A DNA stretch of 64,000 nucleotides from positions 1,364,001 to 1,428,000 of the forward strand of contig CM039001.1 in assembly GCA_017499595.2 (NCBI GenBank), read 5' to 3'. The notes beneath the pieces are model-generated. The model was given only the letters and a program-made list of their open reading frames with translations, ran no database searches and had not been told where the DNA came from. The translations under genes and the position numbers were made by a program. Within the stretch, counting starts at the first letter, position 1. Each line of letters opens with the position of its first letter. Shown here piece after piece: positions 26,170-38,331 of this stretch. The stretch is from Psilocybe cubensis (Eukaryota).

Positions 26170-28356
26170 ATGCTGAGAGCGTCCTCGCTGGGCCTCAGTT
26201 ACCCTTTGACAACTATCTCTGCTCTCCATACATGTCGTCGGCTCTATGGAGCCAGGAACCAATGGGTATCGCACTCTCGCCATGCCAGCAGCAGCAGCAG
26301 GAGTGCAAACTCAGCATCTCCGGACGCAGTCCATTACGCTTCCTCTTTAGCTCACCGTCAACCTCAGCAGCAGCAGAAGTCGCAGAGCGAGGGTATACAC
26401 AGGTCTCAGAGAGTGGAAGATATCATAGCGGAAGAAGAAAACCTGCACGTTACATACACACAGCAGCATCGGCGTTTACTGCAGATGGGTCAGGCGGTCG
26501 AAGAAAACACGGTGTTGGAGCATCCAGCACCCTCTATTCTTATAGATGGCCGGAAGGAGAGTGTTCAACAGCACGCAAAAGCTGGCGAAGATCATCTCTT
26601 ATTTTTGCCGTCGGAGGTGTCAACGGTGGCCACGAGTCCAGCTTTGAATCAACCCGCTTCGGAAGTCGGTTCTCAACCAGAAAACAAAGCCAAGAGAAAT
26701 GTGAACGAAATTCGCAGGCGCCCAGAGAGGCAGGCGGTACAGGAACGCCCAACTTACGCGACAGGCAGGCCGTGGTCTGCCGACCCAATTGCACGCGTAG
26801 TAATACCCGACAAAATCAATCATCTTCTCAGAAATATAGAAAATGGATTGAAGAAGGCCCATGCTACGTATCAGAGATTATTGAAGGAGAAAGAGCAGAG
26901 AAGACGTCTCGCACGCAAATCCATAACGACGCGATCCTCCGGACAAACGACCGAAAGCTCCCCAGAGGCCGCAGACGAATTGGCCGAGTTCGCGAACCTT
27001 CCGCCATTAGATATTATCACGCATCTGCGCGAAAATTTAGACACGCTTGGGACATCGGATTCGGTGGACGATTCGTGGGCGTCATACACATATCTCCTAG
27101 ACACCATTTCCTGCCACCCTATAATCTACAACAGGATCAAATGCATTCCCTATTCTCATTTACACCGCTTTGTTCGTCTACTATCCCGCAACCGGCCCCG
27201 GACGCACCTTCAATACCTCCGCCTTTTGTCAGTGATGACATACATAATCCATGTCGGTGGGACGCTTAAGCAGCCCGAATGGAACGCGCTCATCGACCAC
27301 ATTGGGGCGGGCCGTCGCACGACTGTCGCAGAGGACATGCAAAAGGCGCTTGCCGCATTCAAAAGCATCAGCGCGGGGCGCCTACCTGGTTCTTCCGACT
27401 TTGAGATATATGATGCAATCCCACCCTCACAGTTCTCGTTTGAGCCGGATGTGTATACCATGACAATCCTCCTTTCGCTTGCTGCGCGAGCTCATGATTC
27501 TGGGACGCTCAAGCAAATCTCGAACGCGATGGTCCAGACAGGTATTATGCCAAACAGAATTACGCATCTATCCCTTTTGCGTTATTTTACGGAGAAGAGA
27601 GATCTAAGTGGTGTGCGTCGGACGTTGCAGAAGATGAAACAGAATGATTTGGAGCTTGGAGTGGATGGGTTGAACGCGTGCATTTGGGCTTATGGGTACA
27701 ACACCAAATTGGATATGTCGTTGATGATCTATCGCGCTCTGCGATACAACACACTGCCCCCAGGAAAGCAGGCTTTGGAGAATATCCAGCCTATTTTGCT
27801 TACATTGCAAGACGAATACATAGTTGTGGAACCTGGCATGGTACCGAATGAGGTCACTTATACTGCCCTCATCCAGATAATGGCTTACCATGGCCAATTT
27901 GTACCGGCAATCAAGATCTTCGTCGACTTGCTCTCAACCAACAATGTTGAATATGGTGCACCCCTTGAATCTCTCCAATCGGATGCTGGAAAATCTCGCC
28001 CTTTACCATACACCCCTACTATCGCCATCTATCGAGCTATATTCCTGGGCTTTTCAAAACATGGCAAACATCCAAGCTTGGTACGGGATCCCGATGAGCT
28101 GGATTGGACACTGAAGAACCTGTTCGAACTCTTCAACCGCTTCCTCACCATGCCCAAAGACACCCACCTCACACATTCAGTCGTTTATATCATCATCACC
28201 GCCTTTGTCCAGACTTCAGGGGGCGACATGGATATCGTTCGACAGGCATGGACCGCCCTCGACGAGAGATTTGGAATCGTTTTCCACAAAGAGCACTCTC
28301 AGTCTCGGTTGATGAAAATAAAGCAACAACTTTTCCCCGACGCACCTCAAAAATGA
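26170..28356 (+). CDS. Pentatricopeptide-repeat (PPR) protein, probably mitochondrial; single exon
   Basis: 728-aa ORF with an Arg/Ser-rich presequence-like N-terminus. PPR-like motifs: EWNALIDHIG, PDVYTMTILLSLAAR, PNRITHLSLLRYF, GLNACIWAYG, PNEVTYTALIQIMAYHG, PTIAIYRAIFLGF. Confidence 0.85.
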   Translation: MLRASSLGLSYPLTTISALHTCRRLYGARNQWVSHSRHASSSSRSANSASPDAVHYASSLAHRQPQQQQKSQSEGIHRSQRVEDIIAEEENLHVTYTQQHRRLLQMGQAVEENTVLEHPAPSILIDGRKESVQQHAKAGEDHLLFLPSEVSTVATSPALNQPASEVGSQPENKAKRNVNEIRRRPERQAVQERPTYATGRPWSADPIARVVIPDKINHLLRNIENGLKKAHATYQRLLKEKEQRRRLARKSITTRSSGQTTESSPEAADELAEFANLPPLDIITHLRENLDTLGTSDSVDDSWASYTYLLDTISCHPIIYNRIKCIPYSHLHRFVRLLSRNRPRTHLQYLRLLSVMTYIIHVGGTLKQPEWNALIDHIGAGRRTTVAEDMQKALAAFKSISAGRLPGSSDFEIYDAIPPSQFSFEPDVYTMTILLSLAARAHDSGTLKQISNAMVQTGIMPNRITHLSLLRYFTEKRDLSGVRRTLQKMKQNDLELGVDGLNACIWAYGYNTKLDMSLMIYRALRYNTLPPGKQALENIQPILLTLQDEYIVVEPGMVPNEVTYTALIQIMAYHGQFVPAIKIFVDLLSTNNVEYGAPLESLQSDAGKSRPLPYTPTIAIYRAIFLGFSKHGKHPSLVRDPDELDWTLKNLFELFNRFLTMPKDTHLTHSVVYIIITAFVQTSGGDMDIVRQAWTALDERFGIVFHKEHSQSRLMKIKQQLFPDAPQK

Positions 28357-28552
28357 TCTAACGTAAATGCATGCATAATGGGACTTGAAATTCGCGCGCA
28401 ACTGTACACAAAAGATATAATACATTTGTTATATTGAATCATCTATCGTCCAGATAGTTTGTGCGACCGAAATGAAGATAGCGTGCTATGTTACATACAT
28501 GATTCTTCTTGTTCTTGACTTTTCAACTACAACGCGGTTCAGGATGTGAAAA

Positions 28553-29430
28553 TCAATGTGTCATTTCATGCCTCCATTGGATATATTGGTCCCAGGTGAC
28601 GCTGCACTGGCTGCTCTGGTATCGCACCAGCTTGATGCTCCGACGAAGGTCCTCTGTAATTCTATGCCGCCAACCTGCCTTCTCGATGGCGCTGTCGATG
28701 GCCTCGATCTTGTCCCATCCTTGCTCAGGAATGACTTCGGGCAGATATGTGGCAGAAAATGTCTGCTTGGATGATACGCGGGGGAGGCTACCGGATGAAG
28801 AGAGCGGGGACGGGGCCTCGGATGAGGGCTGGAGGAGGCTTGGATGTGGGAAGGAGATGCGGATGCCATGCACGCCGATCGTCCAATCGAGATAGGTATC
28901 TCCGCGCTCAAAATCTGTTAGGAGCGACACGCTAGAAGAGAAAGAAACAGAAAAGAGGGGAGGGGAGGGGGAAATTGCATATGTTAATTACTATATTCCG
29001 TACTAAAAACGCCTTGATTTGCATATTGCTATGAGAAGGGGTGCTGCGTACCTGCATCTCAAGCGCTCTAGCTCGCTCCTGTCTATCTTTCTAAAGCGGG
29101 TGTCTCTAAATGCGCTAACGAGGGCGTATTCGGCGAGCCCGTCGTGGATGGGCATGGGCTCAAAGTTGCCTATGCATCCACGGAGATGCCACTCGCCTCG
29201 CTGCTTTATATCCCAAGTCACAAACAGAGGGCTGCGATAACATCAGAAAACCGTGATAGAATCCAAGAGAAAGCAACGACTGCGCACTATTTCTCATCTG
29301 GGAATCTAGGAGGTATTGGCTCTGCATCGGTCAAACTGCAGTAGAGGGCATCGAATGCATGGAGGCAATGCTCTCGAGTGCAGGCCTGGGGGGTATCGTG
29401 TGCAACGGGTTTTGCGGGGTCGAGAGACAT
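28553..29430 (-). CDS. AMMECR1-domain protein
   Basis: Motifs: HCLHAFDALY; PLFVTW..LRGCIGNFEP..GLAEYALVSAFRDTRF..I...EL..L.C.VSLLTDFE..YLDWTIGVHGIRISF..ATYLPEVIPEQGWDK..IDSAIEKAG..RYQS. Confidence 0.93.
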
Positions 29431-30049
29431 TGGTGTGGTTGGATATCAAGATAGATAAGAGAAGGAGGGGCTTATATAGCGGAAGTAGTGGACCTAGAGG
29501 ATGATGACATGGGTTATCAATGAATCGAACAATCTCAACATCGGCACCGGCGTTGAAGGTTGAGGCACAGGATGAGCGCATTCCATTTTTAGTAACCGGG
29601 GTATAGTGTAGCGACGGACTGCCAGAGAAAGAGTAAAGACGACTCCTTACATACGGGTCATGGACATAGGCACGGGCATATGTAACTAATAGACGTAGAT
29701 ATAAAATAGATAAAGAAACATCCAGACGCGATGGCTTGGAGTACATGGCTAAAGGCAAGTGGGCGTAAATCGTGACATGGAAGAGACATGGGAGCATGAT
29801 GGTAGTGCAATGATGGAAAAGAGAAAAAGAAAATGGTGGAACAGGAGACAGTGGCAATGGTGAGAGAAGACACAAATGTGGAGAGACGTTAGAGGGAACG
29901 GGACCGAGAACAAGTCGAGTTGAGTAGGAAATGAAAAATGACAGGACATGAAATAAATGAGCACGAAATAAGGATCATGTAAAAATTACAGAGTGGAAGG
30001 AGAAAATAAAGAAGAAAATCAAAAAAGAGTAGAGGGACCGGCGCCTATG

Positions 30050-31453
30050 CTAGCAACAGCTCCAGCTTCCAGAACGCTGCTGTTGCGCCTTTTCAAGTGC
30101 CTCCTCTTCGTCGGCTTGAGCAGACCACGCTGGAGTGCTGGTGCTGGACAAGAATACGCTATCGCGTTTCTTGAGTTCGTTTTCCTTCTCAATGATATCC
30201 TTGCGGACTATGATCGCGGATATAAGATGTTCGAAAAGATTTTGAATACCTAAAAGCGTTCATTTAGTTCAGAGTGGAATATGCCAAACCGGGACAAAGA
30301 CGGGCGCATACCCATGTCATCTTTGGCAGACACTTCAAAGAGTTCCATGCCTTTACTCAAGCCCCATTCGCGATCATCGTCATAATCGTATTCTTCGTCG
30401 GCTTCCTCGATACTATTGCTGCTATTGTCGTTGTTATCGTTCCAACCGGAAACATGGGCAAAAGAGGAACCAAAACGGGAAGATTGGGGTGTCCTGGTTC
30501 CCGTGCTTGTGGTGCTGGAGCGAGTTACGGAAGCTGATGTCTTGGTCCGAACCTGTGCCGCAGGCTTACCGCGGGTGAGAGCCGAAGAACGGTTAGGAGG
30601 AAGATCCAAGTAGGCAGGGCCTTCAGGCGACAGAGGAGAGGGAGTGGGAGGGGTGACAAATGGGGGTGAGCGCAAACCGGGGAAGGAAGTGAAGCGTGGG
30701 CGGATATAGGACAGGGTTGAGGGCGCAGGCGGAGGTGGCGGGGGCGGAGGAGGTTTTGGCGGAGGAAACCAATTGTGCAGCGATAAGCGAGCGAGATCGG
30801 AGGTGACCTGACGGTGTCGATGGAGATCCGCCTTAGAACCAACGATGTAGATGATCAGTTCGGGCGGGCAGTTCTTCTTCAGCTCTAAGACCGAACAGGA
30901 GCGTCAGTTGCGAATTAGGGCAAATGAAATCAGGTCGGGTACCTTCGAGCCAGCCGCGAATGTCCTCGAACGTGGATGCATTGGTGATATCGTAAAGAAG
31001 GAGGGCCGCGTTAGCGCCTAGTAGGAGAGAAAGAATATGAGTCCTGACGTGGCCGACAAAAGAGAAAAACGTACCGCGATAGTACATGGGTGCCTGCAGA
31101 CGAACGGGGGTCAGTGGCACTATATGCGCAAGACGAGAAAATCACGGACCATGCTCCTAAATCGCTCCTGACCAGCAGTATCCCAGAGCTGGAGACGAAC
31201 CTTGAGCCCGTTCACGTAGACCTTTTTTGTGACAAAGAAGGCGCCGCTGGTGGAGGTGGTGTTCTTGGGATCGAACTTGTTCTGGGTATAACGGTGCAGC
31301 AGACTGGTCTTGCCGACACCTGGAGAAATGTGAGCAAGGAGGGGCACTGGAGGACAAGAACGCACCTGAGTTGCCCATTATCACGATCTTGCTGTCGATG
31401 CCCTGCTCGTAGCGAGAGCGCGAGTAGGGGTCAAGACTGGGATAGTCGTCCAT
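30050..31453 (-). CDS. Rab5/Rab22-family small GTPase with a long internal insertion
   Basis: G1 GNSGVGKTS, G3 [20 protein letters not shown] (Rab5-type), G4 GSKAD, G5 EVSAK, and a C-terminal SCC* prenylation motif. Confidence 0.9.
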
Positions 31454-31692
31454 GGCGACGAGGCCACGGACGGGGTGGGGGGTGGATATATGCGCGGCGG
31501 GGGCCACTGGGGCTTTTGGATGGTGGAGGTGAGAGGAGAAAGGCGTTGGACTGAATCTGAATGGAAATTGGCTACGGCCCCTGACATAAAGCAGACACAC
31601 GTGGGACAATTCTATATTCACTCCATCACCCGACAAATCCTATTTCGGTCATAGTATTCTCATAGCGTTCTACGATATACCTAGCTCACTAT

Positions 31693-32402
31693 CTACTCCT
31701 GCGAGACAACAGGGAACTCAAATACAACATCCTTGCCAGTCAGGCGGCGGTACACAGATGAGAATGAGTCCAGCTTGTACTCCAGCGATGTCGCGTCTTT
31801 CGAGTCGAGCAATCTGCGCATTCTCCGTTAGCTTGACAGCATATTGTCCATAGCCTCTCGACTTACACTTTGAGGAGCTTCGAGCCGTCAACAGCAACGC
31901 GGGTGCGCTTGCCCACAATTTCAGTGGGGTACACGAGATCCTCCAGGATCTTCTCGTGGACGTTCGTGAGGGTGCGGCTGCGGGGGCGCTTCTGCTTGAC
32001 GCGCGAGTTGCGGGTGGGCTTGCGGAGCATGCGGCGCTGCGCAATGAAAACGACGTGGCGGTCAGAGAATTTCTTCTCGAGTTCACGGGTCAACCTGCGT
32101 AGAATAGCCACACATATATGTCAATTTAGCATATTAAATTCAGCGCCAATAACGCACCTCTGTTGGACCTTGTGGAATGCCTTCAATTGGGGAACGGGGA
32201 CGAAGATAACAATGGCCTTCTTTCCACCGCGGACGTCAACCTCACGGGCAGCAGAGATCTGGAGTGCGCGAAGCTCAGTCTTGAGCTCGGGAACGTTGTT
32301 TTCGAGGTCGATCAGCGCCTGAGCAACGCTCTTTTCTGTCTCGTCGGGCTGGGTGTTGGGCGCATTGGCGGTGCGGAAAATTTTGGTGGCAATGGTGGAC
32401 AT
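31693..32402 (-). CDS. RPS7: 40S ribosomal protein S7 (eS7)
   Basis: Motifs: [88 protein letters not shown]. Confidence 0.98.
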
Positions 32403-33419
32403 CTTGAGGATATGGCCCTAGACGAACCAAAAGGCGACCAGTCAACATCCAGATTCCAATCGAGCCATCCACCCCAATCCATCCCTCTATTCATTCCAAA
32501 TCACTCCCAACGTATCCCATTCCATCGTAGATACACCCTGGGCTTCAGACAGACAGAGATTCTACTCACCGGACCTTTTGACGACGGCGACGACGACGAG
32601 TAGAGACTTTCTTGACACTGATTCGTGAAGTCTGATCACAACAAGCGCAAATCCGGGCTCCGGCCGAGTCGGAGTTACCTTCCAAATAAGGAAGCCATGA
32701 CCGGCATGTGGACTTGTGATTTGCACTGCCCAGGGCGCCTCTTTGGACAGAGACTTCCATAGACGATGTCGCCAACATTCATAGCGATGGCTTTGTCCCC
32801 GGCGCTACCTCATTTCCGTTCGGTCACCTGTGGCGCTGACACCACCATCACCACATAGCAGCGTAATCCCGACACATGAGCAGAGCTGCCCTTTCCGGCG
32901 GTCGTTGTTTGGACAAGGCCCAGCACACATTCCGTCTCTCCGAGTGCCAGGAATGTCATAAAAGGTGGAGGTCTCCGCATCAGATTTGTTGCAGTTTCAG
33001 ACCCCACCCTTTGTCAATCTCTGCATTCATTTGTATTAACCTCCCGGATCCCGACATAACTATATACGTCTCGGAAATAGAGCTCTCTATCGGAGTAAGA
33101 CTATCCCTACAGCTCAGAAAAGCTTAGATGCTTTAAAATAGGGTAGCTTATAGCGCGCCGCCCGATCCAATTCTGCACTCGGGAGACACCTTGGGGGAGC
33201 TTCCGGTGCTCTTGCAGGTATTAACAGCATAGGCGCATTATTTCTGGTGTTCTCTCACCTTATCGTCAATCGACTACCACGGTTCTACGACTTTAAGCCC
33301 TTCTGAACCGCCAGAAATACCGTCATTCAGTACCACTTCATCTTACTATTATTACTCGGCCTTCTCGATCAACGGAGCAAGATGTTTGCGAGCGATTGCA
33401 ACTTCAAGACATATCCAAT

Positions 33420-34692
33420 TCAAGACTCTTCGCGTGTTTTCTTGAATTCCTCAATCCATTTGGTCTCTACGTCACCTTTAGGCATTACCACGAACGATAA
33501 ACACCCATCCTTTATCTGTAATCCGTCCATCGGCTGACCCTCTTTCGCTTTCGCGGCATTACACACATCTCGTAAAGTCATCTTCTTCCCGACTTTCAGC
33601 AAACGCTTCCGATACGTGGGTGCGTACACGACCAAGTTTCCTGCAACATATTCTCCCTTCTTATCCCACTCCGGTGCTGGAACTTGTGGAGGGAACATGG
33701 CTTCTATATGTGCCGCGAATGTGGTATCCTCCACGAAATCTGAAATGATATCGGAGGTCGCATATTGGGGATACAAAAAGAAGACAGGCAGAACAAGCGT
33801 ATTTCCAGTAGGGTCTTCAGAATCGAAATGTGGCGCGACTGGGCTGACAGACCCGCCAGGTTTGTTGAAAATAATCAGATTGCGGTCCTGTACAAAGATA
33901 AGAAACTCAATTAGCCCCGGGTATCGCTTTCGCACTAGAGTAATAATAAAGACATACCCGGAGCGCTTTTTTCATGGTGAACACTTCTAATTGCTCTTTT
34001 CGTATTCTTTCTTGCTTCTCGCGCTCCTTTCGTTCTGCCTCGGCTTTGGCTTTCAGTGCCCGTTCTTGCACGTTCTTGATCCCAGTATTCTTTGTGTCAT
34101 ATGAAAGGCATCGATCGCAGCAATCTAGGGCTTCTTCAATTCGTCCGAGAGATAAGAGGGCAAGTGCTGATCTGTAATAAGCTTTCGAACACTTTGGATT
34201 CGCGGCAAGGGCCTTTGAACAATCCCTGAGTACGGAACCGAAGTTTTCTGTGTGCACAAAACGTTATACCCTGAACCCTCTCATTAATAATGCTGGACAT
34301 GAACTCACGGAGTTCTAAGTTGCACGCTGCCCTGTTACATAGAAGTGCCTCAATGATAGGCTGCTCGGTTGGTTTTGCATCAAGCCCTTGCGTGTAGAAA
34401 CCGACAGCTTCCCGGAACCGTTTTCCCTGGAAGTACTCATTTCCCTGCTCTTTAAAGTTTTGTGCAATTTCTGCAGGATATTGTCATATCTGCATTCAGT
34501 ATCGATATGCACCAGTATCTCTCACCCACCATCCGGTGTTCCCTCATAAATCAAACTCTGGAGGGCGCTCATTGCTGGGTCCAGGTTGTCTTCCTCTGGG
34601 AGCGCCTTCATGAACAATGGCACCGAGTCGAAGGCTGCCAGTGCATCTTCCTCTGAGAGTTTAGGTTTAGGCAAAGGTCCTATTTCAGACAT
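33420..34692 (-). CDS. CNS1: Hsp70/Hsp90 TPR co-chaperone Cns1/TTC4
   Basis: Motifs: DSVPLFM..ALQSLIYEGTPD|EIAQNFKEQGNEYF..LLCNRAACNLEL|NFGSVLRDC..KAYYRS. The wheel domain contains PVFFLYPQYATSDIISDF. Confidence 0.93.
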
Positions 34693-34897
34693 AGTGCGTG
34701 TAGTTGATGGATGAGGTCGTTGGCAAAGTGCGGCCAGGAGTCGACGCATCCAACGAGACAAAATTCTTGATGTAGATTAGATAACGAACCGGCGGCATTG
34801 ACGCTTGCGTGCCTGAGTTTGTTTTTATCTACAAACGACGTCAGTCACGTCGACGGTTCGTGCCGACTGGTCACTCTTCGAACCATTTCTCCCACCA

Positions 34898-36496
34898 ATG
34901 CGCTCGGTAAAAGGACTGACCAGGGCCTTGAACGACAGTGGGAGGTTCAGATACAAGGTTAGAAGGTCATTTTCCCGTAGTCTGGGACCCTTGACATGAT
35001 AAATCAGTTTTTACACGTTAGGATCCAGAAGCTGTCGTTGACTTTCTGATTGTTGGGGGAGGTCAGTGAGAAGGCTTGAATCATTGTTCATCTTATCCTC
35101 TAACACGAAGCGCAGGTGTTGTCGGCCTTGCTGTTGCACAACGTCTAACTCAATGCTTTCCATATAAATCAACGTACCTGGTTGAAAGACATTCACGGGC
35201 TGGAGAGGAGACCAGGTATGCATCTTTGAAAGCCCAACTATTGATTGTTTGTTGATCAAGTGGGCCATCGTCTCAGTTCTCGTAATTCAGAAGTCATCCA
35301 TTCAGGCATGCATCACTTCTCATGTTACACAAAAGTACGACTTATGTGCCAGATCCTACCCAGGTCTTTACTATCCTCCCGAGTCCCTCAAGACCAAACT
35401 ATGCCTCCGGGGTCGTGATCTCATGTACGAACGCTGCATAACCTACAATATACCCTACAAGCAAACGGGAAAGCTCGTTGTAGCCAAAGCCAACCAGCTT
35501 CCGTACATCCAAAGCCTCTACACTAAATCTCTAAAGCTCAAATGGCCTCCTTACTCCTCTACAGAGGCGCAGAAGGAACCAGTGCTTCCAACAAAACTGC
35601 TCTCACGAGAAGCCATCGAAAAACTCGAGCCTGATCTTTCTACTGATATAGTTGCGGCGTTGTGGTGTCCTAAAACTGGAATTGTGGACTCGCATTCCTT
35701 TATGGAAAGTTTGGAACAGGATGTCATCGATTCGGAAGAGGGCCAGCTTGTTTTCAACTCTGAAGTTGTGCGTATCGACCGATACCGCAATCCAAGTGAA
35801 AAGAAATACGTGGGTGGCGCTAGCTCTAGTGAGGAGGGCTGGGTAGTGCAAGTTCGTTCTGAAGAGGAAGAAACTTACTCCTTGCTCGCCCGGACACTGA
35901 TTAACGCGTCTGGCTTGTCCAGTGTTATGGTTCTTAATTCGTTACTTCCTCAAGATAAAAGGATTCCCATGTTCTATGCAAGAGGATCGTACGCGTCATA
36001 TCATGGCCCTGGGGTTTCAGACATCAAGCATCTCATCTATCCATGCCCTCACACAGGACCAAATGCCCATGCCTTTGAGTCTCTGGGAACACATCTAACA
36101 TTGGATCTCCAGGGGAAAATACGCTTTGGCCCCGACATAGAGTGGATAGATATTCCAGAAGAAGATATCAAAGGAACTGAAGAGGACACAGATTTCTGGA
36201 CGAAATGGTTAAAGCCAGACGATTCGCGACTGCCGGATATCCATCAAGCCGTCACCAGTTACTTACCTGGAGTAACATTAGAGGGCCTACAACCGGATTA
36301 TGTTGGCATTAGACCGAAGCTCATACCACCAGGAGGCGGTTTCCAGGACTTCCTTTTCAGAACAGATTATCCCGACGAATTCACCCAGAGAAATGGTAGC
36401 AACCCAATGGTCAGTTTACTCGGAATAGAGTCACCAGGGTTGACATCAAGTCTGGCAATTGCAGAAATGGTTGTCGATGGTATGTTGAAGAGGTAG
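34898..36496 (+). CDS. FAD-dependent oxidoreductase, L-2-hydroxyglutarate dehydrogenase family
   Basis: Motifs: VDFLIVGG|GVVGLAVA; ETSSRNSEVIHS|GLYYP; TGIVDSHSFM; LIYPCP..LGTHLTLDLQGKIRFGPD; DYVGIRPKL; LLGIESPGLTSSLAIAE. Confidence 0.92.
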
Positions 36497-36573
36497 CATG
36501 AGTAGCCCAATGATGGCATATCTAGAAAAAATGTATTCATTGAAGTGGAAATATCAGACAGTGGAGGATGCAT

Positions 36574-37217
36574 CTATGCGCGAGCCTTCACTTTAGGCTC
36601 CCATGCCTTGATCTTTGGAACAACGGTGTTGTACGACTTGTAGGCTCCCCGTGTACCAGTCAAGTTCTCAACATAGGTCTATGGAGGGCAGTAATTAACC
36701 TCAAGATTAAGCGTTAAATAATGAATAGAGCGTACCCCCTTCCATGGAGGAGATGAGGCCTGCATGACAGGGTCGTTTGTGGGAGGTTCTTTACGGATGT
36801 GGTGTATCCACGAGTGCCATTCGGGAGGGACTTGAGTGGCGTTGTATTCATGCTACATGATAATGCATTTAGTGAAGATAGTTTCAGCCGCATCGAGAGT
36901 AGTTTATACTTGAGCCAAGTCAACCCATCGGTGGCGACCTGTAAATCACAACGTCGTTAAAACGCCAAATTGAGTGGCCAGAACAGACAACACGCACCAG
37001 GAACTTCCTCCTCTGGATTCCTGTTTTCGAAATACCTGTTTCCGAACCTAGAACCAACGTCCGTTCAGCGACATTCCTGCACCCAAAATGCCCCGACGTA
37101 CTGATCCTTTCCGACGTAAGTTCCCGCTTTGGCATCACCGATGTACTGCATCTGCCTCCACCACTCCCGCAGCCCAACACGGCGCATATTTCGGATCGTC
37201 CGTTGCAGCGAGACCAT
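36574..37217 (-). CDS. NADH:ubiquinone oxidoreductase subunit NDUFA12 (N7BM/B17.2)
   Basis: Spliced: MVSLQRTIRNMRRVGLREWWRQMQYIGDAKAGTYVGKDQ|FGNRYFEN..|RHRWV..|NATQVPPEWHSWIHH..ENLTGTRGAYKSYNT..KIKAWEP. The ORF track misses it. Confidence 0.93.
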
Positions 37218-37653
37218 GGTTCCGAAACTAGGTTTTAACGAGTGAGAGATGCACCAAGTTCTGAACTGGGCGTTGGAGAAGTGAGTATTTGTCCGTGTTT
37301 AGTTCGAAGGATTGATCCAATTACCAGGCGCAGGCGCGATTCGCGACGCGTTCAACCATCTCATCTTTAACTACATTCAAATTTGCAAGCTTGCAGACAT
37401 CGGCGTATCTGAACAAAAGTCGCTTTTGACTGATATCTGATAAGGCGTCGTTCTCTCGTCCCGCCGTTCTGGATGACATTCTCTGTGGAAGCCATGCAGT
37501 CAGCCACGATCGTTACTTGTCTCACTTATGGATCGCAATTTCAAGAGGAGATGATTGCTCCTCCCAGCTCACCTCGCCTTTTTCTATACCCACTACTGAG
37601 CAACTTTCAAACCATATATCCGTTCTACTTGTGCTTCTTCTGTGTCTGAGCGA

Positions 37654-38331
37654 ATGGCGTCTTTCGCGGGTATCGTCGTCATTGTCGTTTTATACCTTCG
37701 TGATTTCTTTCTCCTCTTCTCCGGGGCATCATCGTTGCTTCTTTTCTACCTTTGGCACTCTCATAGCGACTCTCAGGAAATCGCCCATTCAGAATCACTT
37801 CTCCCTGCCGATAGCGACCTTTCCAAAGGTATTCATTCATTTGCCCAACTCAGAATGGACAATAATCGTACACTCTCTGCAGTTGGAGAGTCGGTCCCGA
37901 TCATAAATATATCCTCTGTAGATGCCGACGACGCAACTTTGGTTCCTGACGTTTCCGAGGATGATGGACTCCAGCTCAGCTTTCTAATGGTATTCCATAC
38001 GCACCTGGAAAACGTCTTGGCCAAGTACACTCATCTCATCGCCACAGGTTTCCATTAGCAACATTTCCATGAATACCAAAGATAAAGATAGCATTCAACT
38101 AGTCTCCAACTTCGACCGCCTGAAGGCCCAGAGTACAAAAACTCTAGAGGCGCTCATGTTGAATCGCAGAAGAATGGCAGATAGAAGCGGTAAGGCGATT
38201 CCTTTTATTCATGATATTTCATTAAAAGAGGCTTCATCGCGATGTTTTTGACAGCTGCGCAGGTTAGAAAACTGCGCGTCAAACGGGCGCAGGCTGCTGT
38301 GGACAGCAGAACATGCCTATTTCGTATTTGA
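37654..38331 (+). CDS. Hypothetical protein with an N-terminal hydrophobic segment
   Basis: MASFAGIVVIVVLYLRDFFLLFSGASSLLLFYLW... can be spliced through three plausible GT-AG introns to a stop at 38331. No family recognised. Confidence 0.4.

Noticed and set aside
29306..29875. 189-aa minus-strand ORF between the Rab and AMMECR1 genes
   Set aside because: Low-complexity pyrimidine-rich UTR/promoter sequence, out of frame with AMMECR1.
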